From the IMG/VR virus record IMGVR_UViG_3300030616_000020, positions 1 to 64,000 of that record: a stretch of DNA of 64,000 bases; one strand, 5' to 3'. The notes under the pieces are model-generated. The model was not told the DNA's origin, did no database searches, and was given only the letters and a program-made list of their open reading frames with translations. Shown here one piece after another: positions 43,679 to 53,267 of this stretch; the stretch's first letter is position 1, and every line of letters starts with the position of its first letter. Origin of the DNA: a virus. Lineage: Duplodnaviria > Caudoviricetes. Position numbers and translations under genes: made by a program.

Positions 43679-44437
43679 TTACCATTTAATCGGTTCAATG
43701 TTATGTTCTAGTAAAAATGTATTTGCCTGACTAAAATGCTTACACCCAAAGAATCCGGAATAAGCTGAGAAAGGGGAAGGATGTGGACAAGTCAACTTGA
43801 GGTGATCTTTTGATAAAGTTCTACCTTCAAGATGTTTTTTTGCTTTCGATCCCCATAACATCCACACTATAGGTTGATGTCTGTTCACAAGTACGTGGAT
43901 AACTCTTGCTGTAAACATGTCCCATAGATGCAGGTGTGAACCAGCTTCTCCTTTACGGACCGTGTGAGCCGTATTTATAAGTAATACGCCTTGTTTCGCC
44001 CACCTTTCTAGGTCAGGGTCATGATCAAGCATAAGTCCTTCATATACGTCTGATTCGATCTCTTTGAGGATATTTACCAAGGAAGGAGAAAGTTTTCCGG
44101 TTTTACCTTTATTTGAAAAAGCAAAACCATCAAAAGAACCGTCATGATACGGGTCTTGACCAAGTATCACAACTTTGACTTTTGAAAGAGGAGTGGTTCT
44201 GAATGCTTTGAAAAGTAAATCAGAGCCTTGTTCTGGATATACGGTATATAATCTTCTTTCTTTAAATAACTCAACAGTGATTATTCCAAAATCTTTTGTA
44301 TCTAAATATGGTTCAATGACATTAAACCACTCCACTCCCAATAAGTCTAGGAACTTATCCTTCAGTTTCGGGTGGTGCATCAGATGTCTCTGCTTCGGGT
44401 GCAGCTTCAACAGTTTCTCCCACCTCTTCCGGAGCAA
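43679..44437 (-). CDS. ung: Uracil-DNA glycosylase, family 1 (true start probably downstream of 44437)
   Basis: VVILGQDPYH, WAKQGVLLIN, MLWG, HPSPFS. Confidence 0.92.
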   Translation of the reverse strand: MLRKRWEKLLKLHPKQRHLMHHPKLKDKFLDLLGVEWFNVIEPYLDTKDFGIITVELFKERRLYTVYPEQGSDLLFKAFRTTPLSKVKVVILGQDPYHDGSFDGFAFSNKGKTGKLSPSLVNILKEIESDVYEGLMLDHDPDLERWAKQGVLLINTAHTVRKGEAGSHLHLWDMFTARVIHVLVNRHQPIVWMLWGSKAKKHLEGRTLSKDHLKLTCPHPSPFSAYSGFFGCKHFSQANTFLLEHNIEPIKW

Positions 44438-45158
44438 TTCCTACCAGCTCCTGCATGAATCCATGCAGTTTGATATGATCTCTGATAATGTCAATCGGAT
44501 GACTCTTTTTCAGAGCTTCCGTTACATTATTATACAGGGACCAAGCATTGTCTTCCCTGAAATGTTCGCTGTTTGTGAGTTCGTTTTTCACAATACTCAA
44601 CTGAGTGGGAGTAACCATGTTCTTCTCGAAATACATAACTCCCAGAATTTCAGCTTTCTGGCGTGGTGTAAGAGAATAGTTCTTCATTACATCCACCTCC
44701 AAATTGAGCTTTGCAAAATCATCTCTCATTCGGTCTACTCCGACCTGAATTTTTTCATTCAATTCTTCTGCAACGGTTCCGGTGTGTTTGCGTTTGAAAG
44801 CCATCAGATCACCACTGATCATTCCATTTCCGCAGATAAACACAGATGCTCCTGCTACAAAGGCTACGCTCATTGATTTGTCGTAGCTGTTACGGTAGCC
44901 AAACATCATTTTCAGACCGTGGACATTTCCAAAGTCTGTTGCATCTTCGACATCAAAGAATCCGGTAACTCTCGTACCAAACCTGTTTGTGTACATTCTG
45001 TCACGTACAATTTTCAGGTTGTTGGTTTGAGCATTAGTTCTGATTGCTTCGATTATCTCAGCATGAGAAACAGGACTATATGTGGAAGTCCTTACAGGTA
45101 AAGGAGCAGCAAGAGCGATTCTCTTGTTTGCTTCCCAATAAACTTGTTCATTTTGCAT
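44355..45158 (-). CDS. DUF932/DUF945-like phage protein
   Basis: YSPVSH, RNSYDKSMS, FICGNGM, KRKHT, NAWSLYNNVTE. Confidence 0.7.
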   Translation of the reverse strand: MQNEQVYWEANKRIALAAPLPVRTSTYSPVSHAEIIEAIRTNAQTNNLKIVRDRMYTNRFGTRVTGFFDVEDATDFGNVHGLKMMFGYRNSYDKSMSVAFVAGASVFICGNGMISGDLMAFKRKHTGTVAEELNEKIQVGVDRMRDDFAKLNLEVDVMKNYSLTPRQKAEILGVMYFEKNMVTPTQLSIVKNELTNSEHFREDNAWSLYNNVTEALKKSHPIDIIRDHIKLHGFMQELVGIAPEEVGETVEAAPEAETSDAPPETEG

Positions 45159-45159
45159 A

Positions 45160-45582
45160 TTACTTGTCGTTTAAGAAAGTTCTAACACTTCGACCAAAAA
45201 CAGTATCATCTTTTGAACTGTCACGAAGCTCTTTGAGGAGCTTTATAAGATCAGAAGAGAACGCCACACCTGTCTCTCTTACTCTCAACATCTTATCTGC
45301 TGCACGATAGGCATCTTCAGCAGCCTGTTCACTTGATGTCGATTGCAAAAGGAGTGTAGGATATACACGGGCTGCAATCTTATCACGAAGAATGATTTCC
45401 TGATTTTTGGTTGTAGCAAGAGCTTCCCGAAGATTCGCTATAGTTTCGTAAGCGTCTCCGAGAAGCTTCATGTATATTTCTTGACTGATCTGCCCTTCAA
45501 ATTCTTCGAGGTCTTTTTTTAAATCCTCACTCATAAGGCATATATATTTCGTTTTTTTCGTCTGGTTTCGATGCAAGTTCAC
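45160..45582 (-). CDS. Hypothetical protein
   Basis: Helical ORF with an AAEDAYRAADKML motif. Confidence 0.55.
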   Translation of the reverse strand: MNLHRNQTKKTKYICLMSEDLKKDLEEFEGQISQEIYMKLLGDAYETIANLREALATTKNQEIILRDKIAARVYPTLLLQSTSSEQAAEDAYRAADKMLRVRETGVAFSSDLIKLLKELRDSSKDDTVFGRSVRTFLNDK

Positions 45583-46291
45583 TGTCTTCAGGTAGGCTCA
45601 TTCCGATATATCTTTCAATACTCTTTCTTAAATCTTCGTTTCTTTCGATAACATCTATGAAAGGTTCACTATCCTGTCTACCATAAAACTTCCTTATGCG
45701 CCCTTTTAACGCCTTAGAGAACTTGGAGTATTTCCCCTCTATTAAAGATACTACATCTTCTTTAAAATTCAAAGGAATTTTGAAGATATATACTACATGG
45801 TATTTTCCATGCTCAAGATGAGAAACACAAAGAGGGTCGGTTATCATATATCTCTCGAACTCCTTATATGTTTGACTACCTGTAAATCTGTACATTAAGC
45901 ACAAATATTCATAGGTTGGATCGAGATAAGCATTAACAAAATAAGTGTCTAATTTCAACTGCTCTTTCGTTTTTCCTAAAGCAGGTAGCAGGAACTTACA
46001 CGCTTTAGTCGGAAGAGAAGTATATATGATAACAGACTTACCTTTCTTCTCAATAATCATGTATTCTACCTCATATACAGTCCTGACTGTACCAACCCTG
46101 AGAAGGAATTTCTCTCCTTTATCAATGGTTAGTTTGTCTTCGAGTGTAATGGATACGATATGATCACTATCGTCCTTCTTGGGATTGAGGAACGCAATGT
46201 TAGAAGTATCAAGGTGCAGTTGTACAGCGTTAAGTACTGTAATTTTAACGGTCTTTCCATTACTGAGCTTGATTTCATTTCCTTTTAACAT
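45527..46291 (-). CDS. Hypothetical crAss-like replication-module protein
   Basis: 254 aa; FLLP..FVNAY..EGKYSKFS. Confidence 0.6.
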   Translation of the reverse strand: MLKGNEIKLSNGKTVKITVLNAVQLHLDTSNIAFLNPKKDDSDHIVSITLEDKLTIDKGEKFLLRVGTVRTVYEVEYMIIEKKGKSVIIYTSLPTKACKFLLPALGKTKEQLKLDTYFVNAYLDPTYEYLCLMYRFTGSQTYKEFERYMITDPLCVSHLEHGKYHVVYIFKIPLNFKEDVVSLIEGKYSKFSKALKGRIRKFYGRQDSEPFIDVIERNEDLRKSIERYIGMSLPEDSELASKPDEKNEIYMPYE

Positions 46292-46304
46292 TGCGAAAAA
46301 GGTT

Positions 46305-47417
46305 TTAGAGTTTTACACTGAAAGCATCAATCTGCTTCTCGCCTCCGTTTAGATAATCTTCGTAAGTGTAATCCCACATATCATTTCTTTGATGCCAATC
46401 CAATTCTGCAATCAATTGTAAATATCCTTTAGTTTTTCTTAAATCACTTGGTCCAAATCCAATTGTGTCAATCTGAGCGATTTCTCCATCGTTGAAACTC
46501 TTTGCCAATCCTGCGACAGGAGCTAAATAATTTAGCCCGTTCCTTCCGATTTCAATATCTACAGGTGTAGATGTATAAATCATAGGAGCATAGATAAGAT
46601 TGGTGTCTGCATAGATAAATTTCAATGGAGCAACAGCATAATGATTCATTCTATCATTATCCCATCCCACATGTACCAATGCATCAGTATACATTGAAGC
46701 TTGAAGATAACGCTTATATCTCCAATAGGATTTCATGAATCCTTCTCCTCCTGTTTTCAGGTCAATAGGAGTAATTATTCCTTTCTTGTGATCAACGTGA
46801 ACTATGTCAATCATGCTCTTGACTCTCATCAATTTGACATTTCCCTGACCACTCTCAATAGGAACAAATTGGACATCCCACACCATTGAAGCCTGAAAGA
46901 GAAGCTCAATGTCTTCTGAATCATTTATGAAATATCCTTTTGTAAATGGGTTTGAAGTAAGTTGTGCTACAAGTTGATTAGCTGTGAACATCCCTTCTGC
47001 GCTAATAATAGTTTTGCCTTTTGCTGCAATCAATGCGTCGTAGTAATCTCTTCCTTCTTTATCAAACTTATTCGCAACTGCATCTGCCTTGAGCTTAAAT
47101 CCGGAATTTAGATAGGCTATTGAGCTATCTCCGGTGTCAGCCAGTACTTCGCAGTATCTTAACATCATTTCGCTTCCGGGTTTGGAAGCGGTCATCACGT
47201 AAACTTCTTCATCAAATCTTTTCTTGTCAGTAAGAAGCATGTCCACCACAGTACCAAGAACCATTTCGGGAGATTCCTTCCGTTCTGATTCTTGGTCTGC
47301 TTTGTAAGCCTGTGGTGAGACTGCTAGTTTAGACAATGATGAATAACTTACGAGTTCTAAGGAGCGATACTCCTTATCCGTCAACGTTTTCATTTTGTCG
47401 AACATTCGCAAATTCAC
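46305..47417 (-). CDS. PD-(D/E)xK exonuclease (RecE/Cas4-like)
   Basis: SYSSLS, GTVVDMLLT, KSMIDIV..PIDLKT, YLQASMY. Confidence 0.75.
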   Translation of the reverse strand: MNLRMFDKMKTLTDKEYRSLELVSYSSLSKLAVSPQAYKADQESERKESPEMVLGTVVDMLLTDKKRFDEEVYVMTASKPGSEMMLRYCEVLADTGDSSIAYLNSGFKLKADAVANKFDKEGRDYYDALIAAKGKTIISAEGMFTANQLVAQLTSNPFTKGYFINDSEDIELLFQASMVWDVQFVPIESGQGNVKLMRVKSMIDIVHVDHKKGIITPIDLKTGGEGFMKSYWRYKRYLQASMYTDALVHVGWDNDRMNHYAVAPLKFIYADTNLIYAPMIYTSTPVDIEIGRNGLNYLAPVAGLAKSFNDGEIAQIDTIGFGPSDLRKTKGYLQLIAELDWHQRNDMWDYTYEDYLNGGEKQIDAFSVKL

Positions 47418-48168
47418 TGTTTAGGTTAGAAAATACACTGTCTTTTATTTTTTGATCAATTGTCATAGCTTCGACAAACGAGTTAGTCCTGACAGTATTA
47501 GGACTTTGCATAAACGATCTTAGATATTCGTCTGAGACATCTTTCACTTGTAAGGATTTCTCTCTCTTTATCTGATCCAATATAGTTCTTCTAACCGTAG
47601 GTGTATAAACTGTTTTTGTAAATAGAGTTTTTCGTAATTTTTCTTCATTAACAAGAATCGTTACATCTTTCAGGTTTAATGTCAAGTCCATAACTTGTGT
47701 GCTAGAATATCTGTAATAACTTTTTCTTGAATTAACCTTGAAATTAGGTAGCTTCGATAGTTTGACTACTCCTAAACAAAATATGTCTACTTCTCCTTTC
47801 ATACGGTATGTTCTCTTTTTACCGAAAAGATCAGAAGGCATATATTCAAAGTTATTAGCAGAGCCTATCACACTGTAATAACCTGAATATATCTGCAACT
47901 TAGGACCTGACCATGATCTTCCTTTTCTATAGATAAACGAATTTCCAGATGAATCTATCCTTAGTTTATTTACACGACAATCAACTCGTTTGATGTGTAT
48001 GTTATGAAAATAAGGATTGTGTTCACCTAGATATAATACAGGTATACCTATAAGAGGATAGTAGCTATCATGAGGTACAAACTTCAGAGGAAATTTTACA
48101 TTACCAGAAGGTTTACCACTGTACCATTCAGAAATATATCGAGTATCATCCATAAGTCTCAATTTCAT
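47374..48168 (-). CDS. Hypothetical protein downstream of E1
   Basis: 264-aa basic ORF overlapping the ThiF stop. Confidence 0.6.
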   Translation of the reverse strand: MKLRLMDDTRYISEWYSGKPSGNVKFPLKFVPHDSYYPLIGIPVLYLGEHNPYFHNIHIKRVDCRVNKLRIDSSGNSFIYRKGRSWSGPKLQIYSGYYSVIGSANNFEYMPSDLFGKKRTYRMKGEVDIFCLGVVKLSKLPNFKVNSRKSYYRYSSTQVMDLTLNLKDVTILVNEEKLRKTLFTKTVYTPTVRRTILDQIKREKSLQVKDVSDEYLRSFMQSPNTVRTNSFVEAMTIDQKIKDSVFSNLNSEFANVRQNENVDG

Positions 48169-48835
48169 TAAAGAACAACGGACCTATCTCTTCATACTTG
48201 AAGGGAAGTTCATAGGTATCATCCAGAAATCCGGTAAAACCCTGAACCATCTTTGCTGCGATAGCTGCTGCAAAGTGAGTAGTCTGCTTGTAGGAGCAAT
48301 TTGTATCTTCTACTTCAGAATCACTGAACAGGTGTTTATCCTGATAGGCTTTCGCCCACTCAAGAGTTATATAAAACACCTGAAACTGCTCTGCATTTAA
48401 CCTACCATCAATAAAGATAGAATCAGGATATTTCTCAGCTTCTGTTAACCAGTTCTCAAACATCACCTTTCTTGCTTCCATATTATCAAAGCATGAAAAC
48501 ATGACAGGACTTTTGAGAGATTCACTGTCATACCTGTCAGGCATCATAGTAATTCTCTCATATCCAGCAAAGTCCTTTACTATATCTCTCATAGCAGTAA
48601 CTTTGAGCTTTCCAATATCTTCGATTCTGAAAAGTTGTCCAGCCATATTTACTTCTTCAACTTTATCGAAGTCATATAGTATGATGTATGAGGACGGTGG
48701 TAGCATTCTTGACAGAAATAAAGTCAGCCAGCTACCAATTCCACCTGCACCTCCGATAATGATAGGAATGACGAACTTATCCATCTTCTCAAACCATGAA
48801 GCATCACGGAATCTTGATTTTTTCACATCTATCAT
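48146..48835 (-). CDS. ThiF/E1-like ubiquitin-activating enzyme
   Basis: RFRDASW, GAGGIGSW, DFDKVEEVNMAGQ, CFDNMEARK, IDGRL, candidate catalytic Cys in CSYKQTTH. Confidence 0.88.
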   Translation of the reverse strand: MIDVKKSRFRDASWFEKMDKFVIPIIIGGAGGIGSWLTLFLSRMLPPSSYIILYDFDKVEEVNMAGQLFRIEDIGKLKVTAMRDIVKDFAGYERITMMPDRYDSESLKSPVMFSCFDNMEARKVMFENWLTEAEKYPDSIFIDGRLNAEQFQVFYITLEWAKAYQDKHLFSDSEVEDTNCSYKQTTHFAAAIAAKMVQGFTGFLDDTYELPFKYEEIGPLFFNEIETYG

Positions 48836-50028
48836 CTCATTTCCCTTTCCATCTTTTCAAGTTGATCTGCAATACTCTTCTCATCATCGTTATCATCATC
48901 AGAACTGTCGTATCCGAGTATGAAATGATCGAAAGTCTCTTCAAGATTCCTGACTACATCAGCAAGTATAGGAAGTCCCTCATACTTTTTGATACACATT
49001 ATCACCTCTTTTATTACGGTGATATACTCATCAGGTTCCAGTTGCTGATCGAAATAGGAATCAATCACTTTCTCGATATGATTCAGAAGATAATCATAAT
49101 ACAGGTCTGAAGCAGTTTCATCATCACTCATCTGGTTAGCGATATCATGAAGAATCTTATATACATTGCTTTCTGTTTTCAGATCAGTATCAAACATCAG
49201 AATGTTCTTTGTCAGACCTTCGATTTCCCAGCTTGTCATCTTATCAGGAATGATTTTGCTGTTGATAGGACGATGAGCAGGAAGATGACGCTGTTTTTCT
49301 GAGTTCCAACTGGTATGATGTTGGTTATATCCTCCCTGATATCCCGGATACTTCCAAGCTTGAGCTTTCTTCTTCTCAGCGTCAGCTTTCTTGACAATAG
49401 TATCCAGACGAGTAGAGAAAAATCCTCCCATCTCAGAATACATGATCTTCATGTTAATCACGACCATGTGTTTTTCCATAGTAGCTTTCTTGAAATGCTT
49501 GGTTTGACCAGCATCGTCGATGAAATTCATCTTGGATGTGATATGCATATCACTTAAGAAAACTACTTTAGCAGCATAATTTCCATCGAAACTGACAACC
49601 AGAGACAGGTAGTAGTTATGTTTATCTACATTGTCCTGAAGTTCTGACATATCAACTCCTGAGAAATATGCTTTACCACTGTGATGCGTATGAATATGAC
49701 CTAATTTCATTTCCATAGCTTCCGGAATCTCATCAAACAGATCGACAATATCACCATCAGTCTCATAACTAGTTGATCCTGCTGTGCCAATGTCCATTAG
49801 AAAGATGTGTTTTGCTTCCAATTTGAAATCTTCGGGTTTGGAAGGATTACCCTTTAATACATCATAAAGCAGCATTCCGGACCATTCAGTGTTGCCACAT
49901 CGGGCATGAAGGAATGTAATCTGCGATATGATATGAGGTGGTAGAATCAGACTACCTTTCTCCTCCATTTCATATAGCGGATACTCGGCTCTCTTCTCTA
50001 CTTTCGCTGGTGTTCCCATGTTCTTCAA
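48832..50028 (-). CDS. JAB/MPN+ (JAMM) metalloprotease
   Basis: EWSG...HIHTHHSGKAYFSGVD fits E..HxHx7SxxD. Confidence 0.85.
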   Translation of the reverse strand: MKNMGTPAKVEKRAEYPLYEMEEKGSLILPPHIISQITFLHARCGNTEWSGMLLYDVLKGNPSKPEDFKLEAKHIFLMDIGTAGSTSYETDGDIVDLFDEIPEAMEMKLGHIHTHHSGKAYFSGVDMSELQDNVDKHNYYLSLVVSFDGNYAAKVVFLSDMHITSKMNFIDDAGQTKHFKKATMEKHMVVINMKIMYSEMGGFFSTRLDTIVKKADAEKKKAQAWKYPGYQGGYNQHHTSWNSEKQRHLPAHRPINSKIIPDKMTSWEIEGLTKNILMFDTDLKTESNVYKILHDIANQMSDDETASDLYYDYLLNHIEKVIDSYFDQQLEPDEYITVIKEVIMCIKKYEGLPILADVVRNLEETFDHFILGYDSSDDDNDDEKSIADQLEKMEREMR

Positions 50029-51973
50029 GTTTATCTGTTAATTTGAATAATATGTACTGTGCTATCTCTCTCATGATATTCGGTTCAGGACAAAATCTCA
50101 TACCTTCTATTGCAGAAGTCGGATTGAAATTAGTCAGTCTAGGACGGACGTATTTACCGTTCAAATAGACAGGAACAAGATTTTTTAGCTTCTCCTGTGC
50201 ATCTGCAAGAATTAAACTAGGTATGAGTTCTGTTTCACTTCCGACTGAATAAAACTCTTTCAGTTCCATCTTACGAGTGTACAAAGGCAAACTGTATCTT
50301 CTTCCTATATCTCTTATAGTATTGTTGTCAAAAAGCTCTATGAATTTATCGTAGAACTTATCATAGTCAACAACAAACCTTAATACTCCACCTTGATTAG
50401 TAAGAGAAAAGCATTCAGAAAAATAGGCGAATTTTAAGGGAGTAGCGTTGATATGTCCAATCAATTCTGTGAGATATTCTTCTGGTACATATCTATCTTT
50501 TCCTATAATATTCTTCTCAATTGTAACACGACTTCCGAAATTTTTGATATTCTCCATTTTATAATGAGGACCACCTTCCAGTGATTCCCATTGTATAAAA
50601 TTGTAGATTCTGAAGATTATCTCATGAACTTCAAATTCATTTAGTTCTTCTCTGTCCATACTACTATACGACACACCTCCTGTACAGAAGCTTGTGAAGT
50701 TAGAAAGACCGCTTGTTAAATGAGAGTGTCGATAGTTTGCACGAGCATCTTCAGGAGTAAAAGCCATTCTCATTCCACTGAGACCTCCAATCATTTTATG
50801 TACCATTCCCTGATAATGATTACCCTGAGTAGTTACCATCAATTCTTCTATCTCATGTTTCATTTCAATAGAATTTGTGATAGTGACATTAGAGAATTTC
50901 ATTAACAAACAATAGGTACTAGTAAGTCTGCTGAAAATATCGTTACTCGGCCTTCCAAAGACATAGAAAATATCAAACTCATCAGGAGGAAGTGCTTTAG
51001 AGACAATTTCATTAAGTCTCTTCACAAACTGTTCTACCTCAATAAACCTTTCGATGAACTTCTGCCTGACAAGTTTGATATTAGAATAGCTTAAGTTTTC
51101 CCTTCGTTTAAGCTTCCATTTTCTACCTCTGGAATTTATGAATTCTTCTTTATCAATTATGATAAAACTGTCTGAGTCAACATCTCTTTTTCTTTCCTTG
51201 TACGCATAACTGATCTGATAATTCCAGATTCTTGTCATATCTCTACGAGTCCTGATCTTCTCTTGTCCTGATATTTTGTTCCTTATCCCATCTCTGTTAA
51301 CTACAAGACGTTTCATGTTTTTATCAAAAACAAATGCATTTTCTACAAAGACACTTTCGTCTCCGCTTCTCCTTCGCCTAGTATAACTATGATATCGTAA
51401 GAAACAGTCTTTTACTTTATGCTCACCTTCTACATCAAAATGGAAGAAATTATAACAGTGTTCACCTGCATTGGGATCGGCTAAAATGATCAGATCATTT
51501 TTGGTAATGACCATTTCTTTAGCAAAAACGCTTCTCTTATACTCAAGACTCTCATTCTGTAAATGCAACTTCATTCTAAGCCTGTCTTCTCTGATCTTCT
51601 TACGTCTTTCTTCAGGAATAGGTATAGGTTCTGCTGGTGGAACTTGAGTTCCCTCAACATTCACTGTAACTTGATCAGTGGTAGGAGGAACAGAAACATA
51701 CGTTGTTCCGGTTGTGGAATTATTGCTTGTCGTGTATGTTATACCTGTTGTACTATCAGTATCGACAACCAAGTTTCCTGTGGTTTCATAATGTGTCACA
51801 ACGTCATTTGGAGTTGGATTATTACTTCTTAAATCATTAACGATTTCTCTCAGAGCTTCTACAGTAAGAGGCTCATAAGTATTTTGGGTTTCATCTGCTT
51901 CTGCTTCTGCTTCTGCCTCATTGATAGACTCCGAAGTCTGACGCATGAATTCTTCTCTTTCAGTCTCTTCCAT
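49970..51973 (-). CDS. Large protein with a putative prokaryotic E2 (ubiquitin-conjugating) domain; likely start MEETER at 51973
   Basis: YRHSHL..NFTSFCTG (HxH..C, like E2 HPN..C), WESLEGGPH; lies between Ubl and JAB. Confidence 0.6.
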   Translation of the reverse strand: MEETEREEFMRQTSESINEAEAEAEADETQNTYEPLTVEALREIVNDLRSNNPTPNDVVTHYETTGNLVVDTDSTTGITYTTSNNSTTGTTYVSVPPTTDQVTVNVEGTQVPPAEPIPIPEERRKKIREDRLRMKLHLQNESLEYKRSVFAKEMVITKNDLIILADPNAGEHCYNFFHFDVEGEHKVKDCFLRYHSYTRRRRSGDESVFVENAFVFDKNMKRLVVNRDGIRNKISGQEKIRTRRDMTRIWNYQISYAYKERKRDVDSDSFIIIDKEEFINSRGRKWKLKRRENLSYSNIKLVRQKFIERFIEVEQFVKRLNEIVSKALPPDEFDIFYVFGRPSNDIFSRLTSTYCLLMKFSNVTITNSIEMKHEIEELMVTTQGNHYQGMVHKMIGGLSGMRMAFTPEDARANYRHSHLTSGLSNFTSFCTGGVSYSSMDREELNEFEVHEIIFRIYNFIQWESLEGGPHYKMENIKNFGSRVTIEKNIIGKDRYVPEEYLTELIGHINATPLKFAYFSECFSLTNQGGVLRFVVDYDKFYDKFIELFDNNTIRDIGRRYSLPLYTRKMELKEFYSVGSETELIPSLILADAQEKLKNLVPVYLNGKYVRPRLTNFNPTSAIEGMRFCPEPNIMREIAQYILFKLTDKLEEHGNTSESREESRVSAI

Positions 51974-51986
51974 ATTTATCAATTTT

Positions 51987-52026
51987 AAAAAAGAAGGTGT
52001 AAAAGATTTCTCTTCTACACCTTCTT
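51987..52026 (-). terminator. Intrinsic terminator between the Ubl and E2-like genes
   Basis: GAAGGTGTAGAAGA-GAAA-TCTTTTACACCTTC-TTTTTT on -. Confidence 0.8.
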
Positions 52027-52050
52027 CCCACATTTAGAACAGAAATTGTA

Positions 52051-52770
52051 TCAGTCGATATACGTTGCCTGACTCCTGCTGGTCCGAAGCTTCCGATGGA
52101 TTTCCTTTGCCTCTTTCTCAAGTTCTTCGGCAGTGTATTCCAGAATTGACGGAACACCTTGACCTGAGCTGATTGCATTCAGGACGATTTCATCAACAGC
52201 CTTGTTGATTCTCTCCCTTGCACCTTCGATAATTTCGATAGGATCAACAGGTTTCGGATCAGCCTTCTTCTTTCCGAAGAGACCTTTCTTCTTCTTTTTC
52301 TCAGGAACAGCAGCTTTCTTTGCAGGAGCAGCTTTCTTGGCTGCTGGTTTGGGAGCAGCTTTTGTAGCAGGCTTGCTTTTCTGCCTACGATAGTAGTCCT
52401 TCAACCTTCTCCGAAGGTCTTCAGTACCACCCTGCATATTCAGGCTGCAACCTTTGTTCCTGTTCAGCCAGCTCATGTGACTCCTCAGTTCATTGTAGTT
52501 GGCTGCATTGATGTCGTCCAGCTTCTCGACACCACCATCGGTTTTACGTCCACTCTTGACCTTTTCAGGGACAAGAAACAGAACAAAGTCTCCTTGCGGA
52601 AGGACTGCATCGTCCATCTGAAGGGTTGCTTTAGTGGATCGTTCCACCACCCTCATTCCGGACCATTTGACTTGGCGCATCTCTTTTTTGAGTTCACCAA
52701 AGGTTCTTGCATCGGACTGATGCTTGATCAAATCCTTCTGCGAGGTTAGTTTTATTACGACTTCTCTCAT
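52051..52770 (-). CDS. Ubiquitin-like (beta-grasp) protein with a C-terminal extension
   Basis: N-terminal ~74 aa (ARTFGELK..LPQGDFVLFLVPEKVKSG), then DGG and a Lys/Ala/Pro-rich tail. Confidence 0.65.
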   Translation of the reverse strand: MREVVIKLTSQKDLIKHQSDARTFGELKKEMRQVKWSGMRVVERSTKATLQMDDAVLPQGDFVLFLVPEKVKSGRKTDGGVEKLDDINAANYNELRSHMSWLNRNKGCSLNMQGGTEDLRRRLKDYYRRQKSKPATKAAPKPAAKKAAPAKKAAVPEKKKKKGLFGKKKADPKPVDPIEIIEGARERINKAVDEIVLNAISSGQGVPSILEYTAEELEKEAKEIHRKLRTSRSQATYID

Positions 52771-53267
52771 GATTGAATGTTTTTGTTTTGAACATCTATT
52801 AACTTCAAGTTGAAAACGAGTTTACGATCCTCCTTGTTATCAATGAAGTGATAACGAGTTCGTCCGCTTTCCTGTACATAATCCGGATTGTCGTCCGGAA
52901 TGATATTAGACTCTTGTAAAGCATCCTCAAACCATTTCGTCCATAGCCATAGATTACTCACGTCAGGCATTTTGCCTCTACGTACTTCGTAAATATCTAA
53001 TGAAACGGATAACTTGTGGGAGGAGCCAACAAAAATGTGATTGTTCAGCTCTTTGATTTGCTTGTCAGTAATCTGCTGTTTGATGTACTTAGATAAATAT
53101 CTGTGATAGTACTCAGTAATTTTTGATCTTAACCTGTAATGCATTGTAGCATTGTACAATCCTTGACCATTGATGGTCCAGTATCTCATCCTTCCGGATT
53201 TCCTTGACTTCTTCGCTATGACATACCTGTACTCAAAGTTAGGAACAGTAATTTGTATGTCCTTCAT
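52767..53267 (-). CDS. RusA-like Holliday junction resolvase
   Basis: PDVSN...KWFEDALQESNIIPDDN. Confidence 0.65.
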   Translation of the reverse strand: MKDIQITVPNFEYRYVIAKKSRKSGRMRYWTINGQGLYNATMHYRLRSKITEYYHRYLSKYIKQQITDKQIKELNNHIFVGSSHKLSVSLDIYEVRRGKMPDVSNLWLWTKWFEDALQESNIIPDDNPDYVQESGRTRYHFIDNKEDRKLVFNLKLIDVQNKNIQS

